Assembly: GCF_009834535.1 (NCBI RefSeq)
Contig: NC_045697.1
Span: 71,612,001 to 71,676,000, forward strand
DNA: 64,000 nucleotides
Origin: Camelus ferus
Lineage: Eukaryota
Reading direction: 5' to 3'
The position numbers and the translations under genes were made by a program. Shown here piece by piece: positions 25,805 through 38,361 of the stretch. The notes beneath the pieces were generated by a model. That model saw only the letters and a program-made list of their open reading frames with translations. It was not told where the DNA came from and made no database searches. How positions within the stretch are numbered: position 1 is the first letter of the stretch; every line of letters starts with the position of its first letter.

Positions 25805-28140
25805 TATTTTTAAAGTGCAGTTTTAGGTTTACAGCAAAATTGAGAGGGAGATACAGAGATTTCCCATATACTTGCTGCCTCCCATCTTCAACGACATGCA
25901 AGCCACCCAGTTATCAACATCACTCACCACAGTGGTACATTTTTTTTTCTTTTACCTTTTTTTACCATTTAAGAGTGAACCTACATTGACACACCATAAT
26001 CCCCCGAAGTCCATAGTTTACCTTAGGTTACACTCTTGGTATTGTACAATTTATGGGTTTGGACAAATGTATAATGACATATATCATTAGTGGTATCAAT
26101 ACTAGAGAATTTTCACTGCCCCCAAAATATTCTGTACTCTGCCTATTCACCCTTCCTTCCCCTTCCACACTAGACCCCTGGCAACCCCAGATCTTTTTAC
26201 TGTCTATGGTTTGCCTTTTCCAGAATGTCATATAATTGGAATCATACAGTGTGTGGCCTTTTCAGATTGACTTCTTTCACTTAGTAATACACATTTAAGG
26301 TCTTTCCATGCTCTTTTCATTGTTTGATAGCTTATTTCATTTTAGTGCTGAATAATATTTCATTGTATAGATGTACCACAGTTTGTCCATTCACCTGCTG
26401 AAGGACATCTTGATTGCTCCCAGGTTTTGGCAATTATGAATAAAGCTGCTATAAATATGTATGTGTAGATTTTTGTGTGGACATAAGTTTTCAGCTCATT
26501 TGAGTAAATACCAAGGGGTGCATTTGCTGGATTGCATGGTTAGAGTATGTTTAGTCTTGTCAGAAACCACTAAACCATCTTCCAAAATAGCTGTACCATT
26601 TTGCATTTCCACTAGCAATGGATGCGAGTTCTTGCTCCACATCCTTGGTACCATTTGGTATTGTCAGATTTGACCATTCTAATAGATGTATAGTGCTATT
26701 TCATTGTTTTAATTTTCACTTCCCTGATGATGTACAATGTGGAGCATCTTTTCATATGCCCATTTTCTATCTGTATGTCTTCTTTGGTGAGGTGTTTGTT
26801 ACACATTTTGGCTGATTTTAAAATTGATTTGATCATTTTCTTACTGTTAAATTTGAGTTCTTTATAAATTTTGGGGAGTAGTCGTTTACTAAATGTCTTT
26901 TGCAAATATTTTCTCCCAGCCTATGGTTTATCTTTTAATTCTCTAGATACTGTCTTTTGTAGACATAAGTTTTTAATTTTAATGAAGTTAAATTAAATTA
27001 TTTCTTTCATGGATCATGACTTTGGTATTATATCTTAAAATGCATTACCACACTCCAGGTCATCTAGGTTTTCCCTTATATTATCTTTTAGAAGTTTTAT
27101 AGTTTTGCATTATACATGTAGGTCTTTGATGCATTTTCGGTTAATTTTTGTTATGGTTTTAAGGTTTGTATCTAGATGCATTTTTTTTTTTTTTGCATGT
27201 GGGTATGTAGTTGTCTATCACCATTTGTTGAAGAGACTGGCTTTGCTCCATTGTATTGTTTTTGCTCATTAGTCAAAGATCAATTGACTGTATTTATGTA
27301 ATTCTATTTCTTGGCTCTCTATTCTATTCCGTTGACCTATTTGGTTATTCTTTTGCTAAGATCACACACTCTTGATTACTGCAGCTTTATAATAAGTATT
27401 GAAGTTGGGTGGTGTCAATTCTCCAACTTTATTCTTCTCCTTCAGTGTTAGGCTGCCTATTCTGGTCTCTTGTCTCTACATATAAACCTTAGAATCAGTT
27501 TGTTCATATCTGTATAGTAACTTGCTGAGATTTTGATTTTGATTGCATTGAATCTGTAGATCAAGTTGAGAAGAAAAGACATCTTGACACTTGAGTTTTT
27601 CTATCCCTGAACATAGACTATCTCTCCATTTATTTAATTCTGATTTGATTTTGTTTATCAGAGTTTTGTAGTTTTCATTATATAGATATTGTACATAATT
27701 TGTTAGATTTATACTTTAGTATTTCATTTTGGGGGGTAATGTTTAAATGATATTCCATTTTAATTTCTGATTCCATTTGTTTTTTGTTAGTATATAGGAA
27801 AGCAATTGCTTTTTGTATATTCACCTTATATCTTGCAACTTAGCTATAAACGCTTATTAGTTCTGGGAATTTCTTGGTTAATTCCTTTGGATTTGCTATG
27901 TACACAATCATGTCATCACAACAAAGTCAGCTTTATTTCTTTTTTCCCAATATGTATACCTTTTATTTCCTTTTCTTGCTTTAATTGAATTAGTAAGGAC
28001 TTCCAGTATGATAATGAAAAGGATTGGTGAGAGGATACGTCCTTGCCTTAAACATGATCCTAGTGGGAAAGCATCAAGTTTTCCACATTAAGAATTATCT
28101 TAGCTGGAGGTTTTTGGTAGATAGTCTTTATCAAGCTGAG
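25805..28140 (-). mobile_element. L1MC1-like LINE, 3'UTR and 3' part of ORF2 (about 2.3 kb)
   Basis: Antisense 3'UTR 'gcagttttaggtttacagcaaaattgagagggagatacagagatttcccatata'. The minus-strand ORF 26696-26905 (LLPKIYKELK...KHLTKEDIQ...HMKRCST..IIRE..IKT) is the L1 ORF2p C-terminal region. Confidence 0.92.
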
Positions 28141-28465
28141 CAATTAGTGACAGTATCTTTTATCACATTATGTATTTTTGTCTGGCCCTTTATTGTTTAG
28201 ACTGCTCCTGGTTTTTTTGCATTATAAATAGTGCTTCTGTGAACATTCATAGAGATAAGTCTTTTGTACATTCATGATTATGTCCTCAGGGTAAAGAAAA
28301 TACCTCTTCTTCATACCACAGATGAATTAGCAGAAAATGTCACAGATACTGCTGTGGTGGAATAACTTAACGCCTTTTAAAATGTATTAAATAAAATGAT
28401 TCCTTATGTTTTCATCAATTCACAAAATGATTAAACCAGCTCTGTATAACCTTTCACTCTTTTTT

Positions 28466-28533
28466 GGGTGTGTGTGTGTGTTGGTGTGCAGGTGTGTGGA
28501 GAGAGAGGGAGAAGGGGAGAGCGAGAGAGAGAA
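28466..28533. repeat. Compound (GT)n/(GA)n microsatellite
   Basis: Direct reading. Confidence 0.85.
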
Positions 28534-28934
28534 AATGACACTGCTTATGGAAGTGTTTTAAATCATTAGAGAAGTAAAGGCTGTTTTTCATTTCATTTCT
28601 AGCAAGACCAGTGGGAGAATCTGGAAATCCCAGGTGCTTCTGTACTTTTATTCTGCAACTTTCATAAGACAGAAAAAACAAAACAAAACAAAACATTCTC
28701 CTTCTTAGATGTGGCATAGAGCCAGCTCCTCCCTCGAGGACATCTCTTTTGTTACTCTACTTTTCTGATAGGATTACCTGTATGAAACTGGTGACTTCAC
28801 TTTTTGGATGCAATGAGACCAAAATTCTAGCCACCTTCATCTATACTGCCTTTGACGCCTCTTCCTTTTTATCCTGTCAAGTTCCTTTAGCTAAAGACCG
28901 CTAGGAACACACCTGTCCATTAATTGTTTTTTTT

Positions 28935-29606
28935 TTCACTAGTTGCAATGAAGAGAAGGCACACCATGGAGAACCGTGGAGCATCTTAGTAAGACTGTAT
29001 TAAGAAAAGACTTACTGTAGGATTTAGGGTTGTGTTAAGTGATTTAAGGAATGGTTTAAGGAAGCAGGGCTTTGCTATAGCTTGCTTGAGTTAAAAAGCA
29101 GGTGTAATTTTATGATTTGGTGTATTAATGGCTCTAATTCAGAAGCAGGGGAACCAACTATATTCCAGTATGCTTGAAAATGGGAGAGAGGTTCCTGGGA
29201 CATAGCATTTTTCATGCCCACACCAAAAAAAAAAAAAAAAAAAAAAAGATCCCCGGCAAACTGGGAGGAGTTGATTAGGCCACGTGGAAGGTAGGGGAAA
29301 TGAAAAGAGGCTGAGGCTGGACTCGGTAAACAAACAGCACTCACAGGAGCCAGGATTCAGGATATTTGGTTATTTTGTGGTTTGGATGATGTTCACAATT
29401 TTGCCTGGATTCAGACATGGTTGCAAAGTGTTCTGATTTCTGACTTGATCCATCATAGTGACAGAGTGGCCTTGTCTGACGGTGATGTTCTGTGAGATTG
29501 TGGGTGTTTAATAGCAGAACAGGAGGCCACCTCCTAGCAACATCAAGTCCTTCACACGGTATCAGGCCAGCTTCTAGCTGTCAGGAGCTGCTTTCCTTTT
29601 CTTCAG
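28935..29606 (-). mobile_element. Old ERV(L)-type solo LTR, family uncertain
   Basis: LTR-like motifs 'aaggcacaccatggagaaccgtgg...taggatttagggttgtgttaagtgatttaagg' and end 'gagctgctttccttttcttCA'. Confidence 0.5.
29147..29280. mobile_element. MER81/MER94-like hAT-Blackjack MITE nested in the LTR, with an internal A23 run
   Basis: 'gggaaccaact...ttcctgggaca...tccccggcaaactgggaggagttg' resembles the recalled MER81 consensus. A-run at 29225-29247. Confidence 0.55.
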
Positions 29607-30484
29607 TTCCCTTCTTTGGGGATTTAAGGGACAGTTTTGTGGTGTAAAAGTTGACGGTTGTTAGAGTCTTTAATTGTGAGAGCCTTGGTTTCAGTCCTGT
29701 TGGTTCTGTGCCCTAATGAAATGCTTTGGGCTTTGAAACATTGAGTAGTAAAAATATTATCTGTCTCTCTTAACACAGTTTTTTTCCTTAAAGAGAGAAA
29801 AGTGTTTTAATGATTGAGACCGAATGCTAAATTGCTAAATGCTAGGTTTTTTAAAAAAAAAAATCACATTTCCCCCTTCTTTGAGATTCAAAATTCACAT
29901 CTGCATATTTTAGTGTTCCTAGTAATACTGCCATAATTATTTAACACAGGATACTTTTTCCACAGAACACATTAACGTTTGATCAACATGAATATTTCAC
30001 TATTAAACTAGTGTTTCATAGAAATGCTATTTAGTGACTGTCTTCTAGTTATGCTTTTTGTTTTTAAAAATTAGAAATATATGTAATGGGTAAATAATTG
30101 TTCTGATTTAATTTGTTCTAATGTAAAATGAATAAATTTTCTTAATTATAGTCATTGAAAAGAGTTTCATATTTTTCAGATTTATTGTTTTAATATTAAG
30201 AGAAAATATTAGTATTTGGGTTTTGGGAGGGAAAGCATTTAACTAGTGGGTGAATATATTATTATGTAGTTGATTTAGTTTAGCAGCTAAACTTATCTTA
30301 CTAGTTAAATTATGATGCATTATTTTAATTATTAACATTGGTTCATCATGTTAGCTGTCTTAAACTCAGTTTGGTTGTACCATGTATTAATTAAATCAAC
30401 TGTTCAGCAATTAACCTTTATAGCACTAGAGAAATAATATGGCTTTAGATATGTTATAACCTGCATTCATGAATTTTTCTCTAG

Positions 30485-30639
30485 GTTCTGATGACTACTT
30501 TGAGGTCAATATTTCAACAGACCTAACAGTGAAACATTCTGAGCAAACAAGTGAGAGAAAAGAAAGTGAAGAATTATCAGAAGCTTCAAGAAGCACCAGA
30601 TCCCAGGCAGTGGTACTTCCTGCTGAAGTTCCATGTGAG
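30485..30639 (+). CDS. BANK1: BANK1 internal coding exon (probable exon 3), linker into the start of the DBB domain
   Basis: Acceptor tttttctctAG (30483-30484), donor GAG|GTcagt, 155 nt, phase 1 to 0. It translates to (G)SDDYFEVNISTDLTVKHSEQTSERKESEELSEASRSTRSQAVVLPAEVPCE, matching recalled human BANK1 DSEDYFEVNIPTDLRAKHSGEISERKEIEELSEASRNTIPLAVVLPTEIPCE. Confidence 0.96.
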
Positions 30640-30689
30640 GTCAGTAAAGATGGCTTGTTATTTAAGTGACCATAATATTTTAATGGGTA

Positions 30690-30830
30690 CTGCATTCACT
30701 AGAATGTAACTAACACTGGACGCTCCAACATAGTGACATTTCTGTCTACTTTGTTCATGGCCGTGTCCTCAGAACCCAGAACAATGTCTAGCAGTTAGTA
30801 GACATGTGATACACATTTGTTGAATAATTG
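30690..30830 (+). mobile_element. L2 3' end
   Basis: 'cactagaatgtaac...ttgttcatggccgtgtcctcagaacccagaacaatgtctagcagttagtagaca...atttgttgaat'. Confidence 0.75.
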
Positions 30831-31277
30831 AGGATTGAAACATATATGAAAGGGTAATTTTATTAAAAGTAACTTGAAATGTTGCAAACACATCTACAAT
30901 TGCTCTATGTATCAGGCAATTTAAAGGAAAGCTGGATTCATATTAACTAGATAAAGAGTTTTATTTTCATGAAGGGAAATACACTGTTGAATTTGAAAAT
31001 ACTTATTTTTTTAGGACCACTAATTTTTCAATTATAAAATATGTATCAAAGACCTACATTATAAAGTAGAACTATCATAAGCACTAGAAGAACTGGTTCC
31101 TTTGGGAATAAAAGTATAATGCTATGGGGAGTGGATTTCTCAGAAGGTGATTCTATGAATACATATTGCTGACATTTCTTCCTCCTAAGTCTTCACTAGA
31201 TTGAACCACTAAAATAAGCCTACTTCCAGAGCTTGATCAGAGACTCAGTCTATGTAATCTTCAGACAATTAAAAGAT

Positions 31278-31877
31278 GCTGCAAATGGCATTATTTCATT
31301 CTTTTTTATGGCTGTGTAGTATTCCATTGTATAAATATACCACAACTTCTTTATCCAGTCATCTGTTGATAGACATTCAGGTTGCTTCCATGTCTTGTCT
31401 ATGAAACAATGCCATTTGCAGCAGCATGGATGGACCTAGAGATTATCACACTAATTAAGCCATACTTCAGTATGCCAAACAGAGAAAGACAAATATCATA
31501 TGATATCACTTATATGTGGAGTCTAAAAAATGACACAAATGAACTTATTTACAAAATGGAAACAGACTCACAGACATAGAAAAAAAATTTATGGTTACCA
31601 AAGTGGGAAGGGGGAGAGGAAGGATAAATTAGGAGTTTGGGATTAACAGATACAAACTATGATATGTGAAATAGATAAACAACAAGGACCTACTGTATAG
31701 CATAGGGAACTATATTCAATAGCTTTTAATAACCTATAATGAAAAAGAATGTATGTGTATATATACGTATATGTAACTGAATCACTATGCTATACACCAG
31801 AAATTAACACAATATTGTAAATCAACTATACTTCAATTAAAAATAATAATAATAATCAATAAGTTAAAAAAAAAAAA
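31278..31877 (+). mobile_element. 5'-truncated, 5'-inverted L1 (younger, lineage-specific)
   Basis: Inverted piece 31278-31402. Sense piece from 31403 encodes the ORF2p C-terminus (ETMPFAAAWMDLEIITL), then 3'UTR and poly(A) 31866-31877. TSD aaaagatgct (31271-31280) / aaaagatact (31874-31883). Confidence 0.93.
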
Positions 31878-34089
31878 GATACTAGCCCTCAGTGTCCATG
31901 GTATGCTTGAGCAGGAAGAGTCATAGATCCAGAAGAACCTTGAGAGTTGCATGAAAAGGTCCTTTGGGTGGCAGCCAGCAGATTTAAGTGACAGGAGCAG
32001 CACTTGTCTGCTTACTGGGAGGCATCTTTGGGGAGAGAATGCCCTACTCCTGATGGCACCAGCAGTCCTGGGAGAAGCTGAACATTCTGTTCAGTAGGCA
32101 AAGCTTAATTCCCTCACCCCCAGACCCCATGCCTAAGCAGGAGAATCACTGGTTTTAAGTTATTATGTTTTCAGTTCCAGAGGAACAAAGACTTCTTTGA
32201 CACTGCCTTAGAGACCCCAGGAACCTGAACAGGTTTGAGGGAGCTGAGACAGAGGATCAGGCAAGGAAAACTTACAACCTACTTAAGGAAGGGAGATCAG
32301 GCCAATAATCAGAAACAGTAGCTCCTACTGAATCAGAAATAATGGAAGAGACAGAAATAAATAGAAGAGACTGTAATAAAAGAGAAATGAAAACTATTCC
32401 CAAATAGGTAAAGTCAAAGAAAAAACCCTCTGGAACTAAAAATTGCTCACCAAGAATTATGCAATGTGTCTAAATATCTGCTTTTAAAAATATCTGCAAG
32501 AGTAAAAGTTGAACAATATAAAACCTTTCCATTATTAAATTTGCAGAGAAATCAAAATCCAAAAATTAAACCCCACTGCCCTCCAATCAGAGATAGCTCG
32601 CTCAGTTAACTGGGTAGGATCAGAGTTCTTTCTATAGCAAAATTGTTGGCTGTCTTTTATTGATATGGAAATAATTTTTTCAGACACTCTGAAGCTAAAT
32701 TATTTCAATTCGAAATCTTTCTCCACTTTTTAAACAATCCTAAGAGTTGAAAGGTCACATAAGATTATTTTCGCACCAGCGTCACACACTAAAAAATTTG
32801 AAATAAACTAACCCCTGGACCAAAAACAGTCATCCCAGTCAAAATCTTGTGTTCTCAGAGCCTAGATTTTAATACAGTCTGAATCCATGTACCAATTTCC
32901 AAGCAACACAGGAAAGATCATTTGTATCCAAATAAGTGAAAATCATGTGTCATATTTGCCAGGATAACGTTCAGTTCAGTCTGTGCCAATTGTCTGAAAG
33001 CACAACCTTTGAACTTATTTCTGAGAAGTCCTCCAAATATTATATTAGGTGGATAGAGATCTCTCAGGAATACGACCTACTCTTCCAGGAAGTGATATTT
33101 GAGACTTCCCTGCTATCTTACGAAATCTAGAAGTTTACAAGACTGTCATTGCCAGTTACCGGGTCTTAATTTGAGATATGCCTCTTTTGCACCCTGTATC
33201 TTCAGAGTCTGTGAATGCCCCCTTTACAGTTTTGTGTTTCCAGCATCCCAGCACTGAGTTGACTGGTTCGATCTAATGACATCATCTTCATTCTCTCTGA
33301 TGAATAGCGAGTTCATTTAAATCCCTCCTGCTACACCTTGCTGTGGAATCGCGTGGGGCTGCAGTCCTGCCCCTAGAGACGTGTTCTCCCTGCTCCCTCC
33401 TCTGCTCCGGAGAGTCAGCCTTAGTAGGTGGTCTGACTGAGGCAGCAGGTAGTGCTGCTGCTGCTTTTGACCCCAGGGGGCCTGGCAGTTTTGACCCCTC
33501 TGCCTCCTCATCTTTCCCAGCATTGTTCTTTCCATGGATTTCAGATTTCCTCGACCTTGAAAATCTTATGCCACTTTAAAAACAGCAGAAAATATTTCTT
33601 CTTCCACAATTTTTTTCATGCACCAGAACATGTGCCTCCAGTGTTCTATTTATGTAAGTTATTCTCTGTCTTTTTAAGAAATACCTAAATGAGTTTTAAC
33701 AGCTTAAATCTGCTGCTTAACTTGGCCTCTTCTTTTACCTGTTCTAGGATTAGCAATCTTTGTTCTATATTAGTATTCTTTAAGCTTTTTTGTTGTTATG
33801 GCCCAAGATTTTTTTTTTTCTAGCATATTCCTCTTGATTTTGTCCTGTAGGGTAACTGATCTTGAAAGATATGAAGTCAGTGAATTGTAAGTGTGGCAAA
33901 CACATCCATTGTTCACAAATGAATCTTACGCAGTTTTGCCCCTGATGAATAATCCACCTGAGAGGCATTCTTCCATTGGAGTAACATCTAAACCAGAACC
34001 ATTCGCTATTCGCTAGCTTCCTTTCCCTTTGCTGTGCGTTTATGCCAAAGTCCCAGGCTCATTCACTTCTCGTGAAGATTTCCTCAGAG

Positions 34090-34305
34090 CAGCGGTTCTT
34101 GTCTGGGAGAGATCTGGCCCCCTCTCCCCGGGGGCTATTTGGCGAAGTCTGCAGACAGATTTGGTTGTCATAACTAGGGGATTGCTACTTGCCTTTAGTG
34201 GGTGGATGCCAAAGGTGCTGCTAAACCTCCTGTGGTACCCAGGGAGTTCCCACGACAGCAACTTCTCTGCTCCAAAAATATGAATGGTGCTAAGGTTAAA
34301 TCCTG
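34090..34305. mobile_element. MER20 hAT-Charlie MITE
   Basis: CAGCGGTTCT...atttggcgaagtctgcagacagatttggttgtcataactagggg...gctgctaaacctcct...cctg. Perfect 8-bp TSD cctcagag (34082-34089 / 34306-34313). Confidence 0.9.
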
Positions 34306-35502
34306 CCTCAGAGGACAGAGATACATTCATGCCCCTTAAGTATTAGGGCACCTTCAGATCACCTAATAACGGCACCAAGGAGTCAGAGCCCTTCATCAGA
34401 GGCGTCTCTGCAGCCCAGCCCGTTGTCCTCTGATCTGGTGGAGCTGCGTCATCTGTGAGCAGTGATTCAGTCACTTTTTAAGTGGGTTTTATCTGAAGTT
34501 TTAAGAGGGAGCCTATGTATATTTTCCTTAGAGGCCCACCCGGATGTCCTGTGGTTTGCCCTCAGATGCCCCCTGCCTCTCCTGTTACTTCTGTGAGCCC
34601 CGTCACAGGTCACAGGTCCAGGGGTGGCCTCTACCTGGCTTCCTCTGTAGCACCATCCTCAAGCGCAGTTAAGAGGGAGCTTACTTTCTTCATCTTCTTT
34701 TATCTGTGTGGGCAGGACTTCAATATGTTATTTTTCCTTCCTTTTGGTAGAATTGGCTGCAGCTTCAGCTTTTCTCCAGCCAAAACCTCTTACTTCCTTT
34801 AGGAAAGCTAACTGCTCTCTCTTTATTTTTGTATTATTCTACCACTGCTACTGTTCTGATAAGACAAATATATTTTTAAAAGTGATCTGGTCACGTGCTG
34901 ATGGCTTGAGCAAATTTAATTCTTAAAGTTACAGTATAACCACAAAAGGCCTTTTAAGGGGCTTTATCTGAGTTTGGATCTATATTAATTTCATTGAACT
35001 GTTTTTCTATCTGAATGCTAGAACATGGCATACTCCCTAATAAAGGCTTTTATTTTATTTTACCTTTATTGATGTATACCTCAGTGGCTGCAACCATAAT
35101 ATGAATCTCCAAACCCAAATCTGTGCAGACTGCAGATTATGTAATCAATAAATCTAGAGAGACTGAGAGGATGTGAAGAGGTATGGCTCTTAAAGGCCTG
35201 TGGGCACCCTACAGTAACCTCAGAGATTACCTCCTACCCATTCATTCCTTGATAACGCTGGCTGCAGTTTGAGACGATACACAGACGCTAACAGCACTGC
35301 CGACTTATTTCTGATACCAAGTCACACACTAGTTCTTGGTAACCAACCTTAAGTTAAAGTCTGATCCTGTGGTTTAATTGAGAAATACAGTAAAAGTAGC
35401 GAAAGATTATTGTGTGTTTCAATGCCAGAAATGTGTTGTGATACATCACCCCTTTGGTGGTAGGGTTTTACAATAAGGACAAGATGTTTTTTTCCCTTTA
35501 GC

Positions 35503-35985
35503 CAAGTGGTTCTCAAACTAGGCTGCTTACAGGGACTGCTAGGGGAGCTTTTAAAAAGTCATAATGTCTATAGGAAACAAACTTACAGTTACCAGGGGAG
35601 AAAGTGCGGGGGGGGAGTAAAATTGGGAGTTTGGGATTTGCATATGCTAACTACTGTTTATAAAATAGATAAACAACAAGGTCCTAATGTATGGCACAGG
35701 GAACTATATTCAATATCTTGTAATAGTCTATAATGAAAAAAGAATACGAAAAAGAATATATATGTATGTATGTATAACTGAATCGTTATGCTGTATACCA
35801 GAAATTAACACAACATTGTAAACTGACTATTTCAATAAAAAAAAAAAATTGAAAAAAAAATGTCTGAATCCTACTCCCAGAGTTTCAGATGTAAATGGTC
35901 TGGGTTATGGCCTGGATACTGGAAACTTTAAAGCTTCCCAGGTGATTATGAAGGTGAGAATTAGCAGCAGGTTTGGAATCACAGC
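35503..35985. mobile_element. MER5A-like MITE split by an L1 3' end
   Basis: 'agtggttctcaaact...ggggagcttttaaaaa' on the left and 'cctactcccagagtttcagatgtaaatggtctggg...aaagcttcccaggtgatt' on the right. Confidence 0.8.
35570..35860 (+). mobile_element. L1 3'UTR with poly(A), same family as 31403-31877
   Basis: Shares 'aaatagataaacaacaagg..ctaatgta...gggaactatattcaata' and 'taactgaatc...atgctgtataccagaaattaacacaa'. TSD aatgtct (35563-35569 / 35859-35865). Confidence 0.9.
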
Positions 35986-37056
35986 CATAGCCTAGTCCTT
36001 GTTCTGCTGTCGCGGGTCGGATCAGGGTCTGCTGCGGGAACTCGCATGGTGCTGGCTTACTAAGGCCCGTGCACCCACGCCTGTAGGGCCGTGCCTGTTA
36101 GTTATGCATATATGAAAAGAGCCACCGTTCTGAGTGCACAAGTCGTAGTAAGCAGATATGATCCACCAGGATCAAAATCCTTCATTACTTGTGCTTAATA
36201 ATTAATTAAAGCCTTAAGACACCCACCCTGACAAACCAGAAGCTGCACGACCTATGTGCTGGATTATAGGCTAAGTTCCAGCCCTTTTATTGAGGTCTCA
36301 AGGTTTGTGACCAATGTAGCAAGTCTTTAGAGTTTGGAAGTGCTAATAATTATGGTAACTTCCTCTTTGAGTGCTCAGAATCAAAGAAGGGATAAATAAA
36401 GGGATCAGAAAGATTGAGAGCAAAACAGAGGCTTCCTCACTGGTAAAACTAAATGTATGACTGTTTGAGTGTCCTAACAGTTCCTTCATTGAATGAAATG
36501 TGCCTGTATGATTACATCTTTAATTAAGATGCCCACAATAATTAAGGACAGGGCTGGACAAGGGTAGGCCTACCCTCCAGGAGCGGCCCCCTCCATGCAT
36601 GGAGATGCAAGAAGCAGATGAGGCTGCGAGTCCTGGGGCGGGTAAGAGTAGAGCTGGGCATGCTTAATTGTAAAAATGTCCTATTTTTGCAGGCTTATTC
36701 CATCTGAATTTAAAAATATACACAGATTGCCTCTTATGTACGTAATTCTTGCAAGATGCCATGATAATATGAAAAAATAAAAATACCTTCAGGGTGTTTA
36801 AAATCTACTCAGGAAGCCAAGACATCGCCATGAAAAAGTTATTAAGACTAGAGGGCATGACTTAGAAGGGTCAAATGAGGAGTACAGGTGTGGAATGCTT
36901 TATGATTCCTTCAGAAGCTATAAAACTCCTCACGGGCCTGAGCTGTAGGGAGGACTTGGGGGCTCGCAAACCTGAGTTGGACCTTGTTGGAGAGGATATG
37001 TCTGGGGAACTGGAGGGAGAGTGGGAACTAAAGGGCGTGCCAACATTGCGTACAAA

Positions 37057-37228
37057 CAGCACTGATGACCTAATTAGCAGGGCCTGGTGCAAAATGAAAA
37101 GGCAGAGACCCTTGTTCAAATTATCAAAGATTTCAAGCTATGACAGCAGAACATTGAAACAAGTGTAGGACCCTTCCAAGTGCGGGGTGTATAGCTGCAG
37201 AGGTCACATGCCATGAAGCTGGTCCCAG
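37057..37228 (-). mobile_element. MER45A-like hAT-Tip100 MITE
   Basis: 'gggcctggtgcaaaatgaaaa...cccttgttcaaa...atttcaag...acagcagaacatt...aggtcacatgccatgaagctggtcc' matches the reverse complement of the recalled MER45A consensus. Confidence 0.8.
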
Positions 37229-38335
37229 GCACAAAGCGAGCGTGAGTGCCGCCTCGGGGCTAGTCAGTATGCTTGTCTTTTGTTTAGACCTCTTCTCTGG
37301 AAATGGTTGGAAGGTGGAGTCCTGCCCTCTATTAAGGAGAACATCTGATGCATAAGAAGCAGCCTGTGTGGGCACTCCTGCATGAGAATGAGATTGCTGG
37401 GTGAATAAACACTGGGAGAGGATGCTCAGGCTACTAAGTTTGGAAGGCGAGAGGTCAAAGTTATACAAGAAGGGATGTACTCAGGGAGGAGAACTCCGAA
37501 GAACTTTGAAGCAGAGGATGTTGGGGATCTGAGCCCGAGTGAAATGGGAAGTCATTAAAGCTTTGAAGTAAAGTGACGGATGTGAGCACCAGAGGAACTA
37601 AAGAACTGCGCTGGAAGTGAGGTCCTGTGAAGAGGAGATGTCAGACGTGAGGACCAGGCGGGGCTGTGTCCTGACATCAGGACTCAGGTGGAGCAGTGCG
37701 TCCAGTGTGTCAGGGAGGCACAGGGAGAGTATCAAGGAAGTGTCTCCGATGTGTCAGATGTGTGGGGCCAGAGCAATAGGTGGGCTAGTGGGGTCTTTTC
37801 TCAATATGCAATTTAATAGGGTGTGGAGGAATTTAGTTCAAAATATCCTGTGGACAAATACATGGGAGCATTAGACTCTGGTGGAAAAATGCCTGAGGTG
37901 GATGTGTCTCAGCTGAAATGATTTTGTAGCATCAACATATCTGTAGAAACTCTTTAGTACAAAGCATTAAAAATGTAAGTTTTATCGGTGGGTGATTTAT
38001 GCTTAGGGAGATAACATTTAAATAAGAGAACTTTGAAATTAATGACTTTTGGGTAAACACGATTTTATAAGAGCATATAAATGAGGTTTCTGTTTATTTT
38101 GTGAGGGACTGAAATTCAGTTTGACTTTGAAGAAAGGCTTTGAAAGGTGATATCTGAGATAATCATAGAAACATATTTCATTTGAGCTATTTTGAAGCGT
38201 TAAACAGCCCAATGTAAAGAAGAATACAGATTTTGAATTTAGAGAGTTCTGATTAATGTTTAGAATGTAACTCAGTATTAGTTACCCTGTTCATAAAAGA
38301 GAAAAAGAACAGCCTTCCATTTTGGCTTTAGGATA

Positions 38336-38361
38336 TGTGTGTGTGTGTGTGTGTGTGTGTG
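38336..38361. repeat. (TG)13 microsatellite
   Basis: Direct reading. Confidence 0.95.

Noticed and set aside
1..30484. BANK1 TIR-domain exon (exon 2)
   Set aside because: No MIYEEDAEEWALYL-like reading frame is visible, so it is presumably upstream of the window.
30469..30669. 66-aa ORF as a standalone gene (likewise 39422-39604)
   Set aside because: These are BANK1 exons read through into intron. Similarity stops at the splice sites.
36561..36576. Perfect 16-bp palindrome AGGGTAGGCCTACCCT
   Set aside because: About one 16-bp palindrome is expected by chance in 64 kb (64000/4^8 is about 1).
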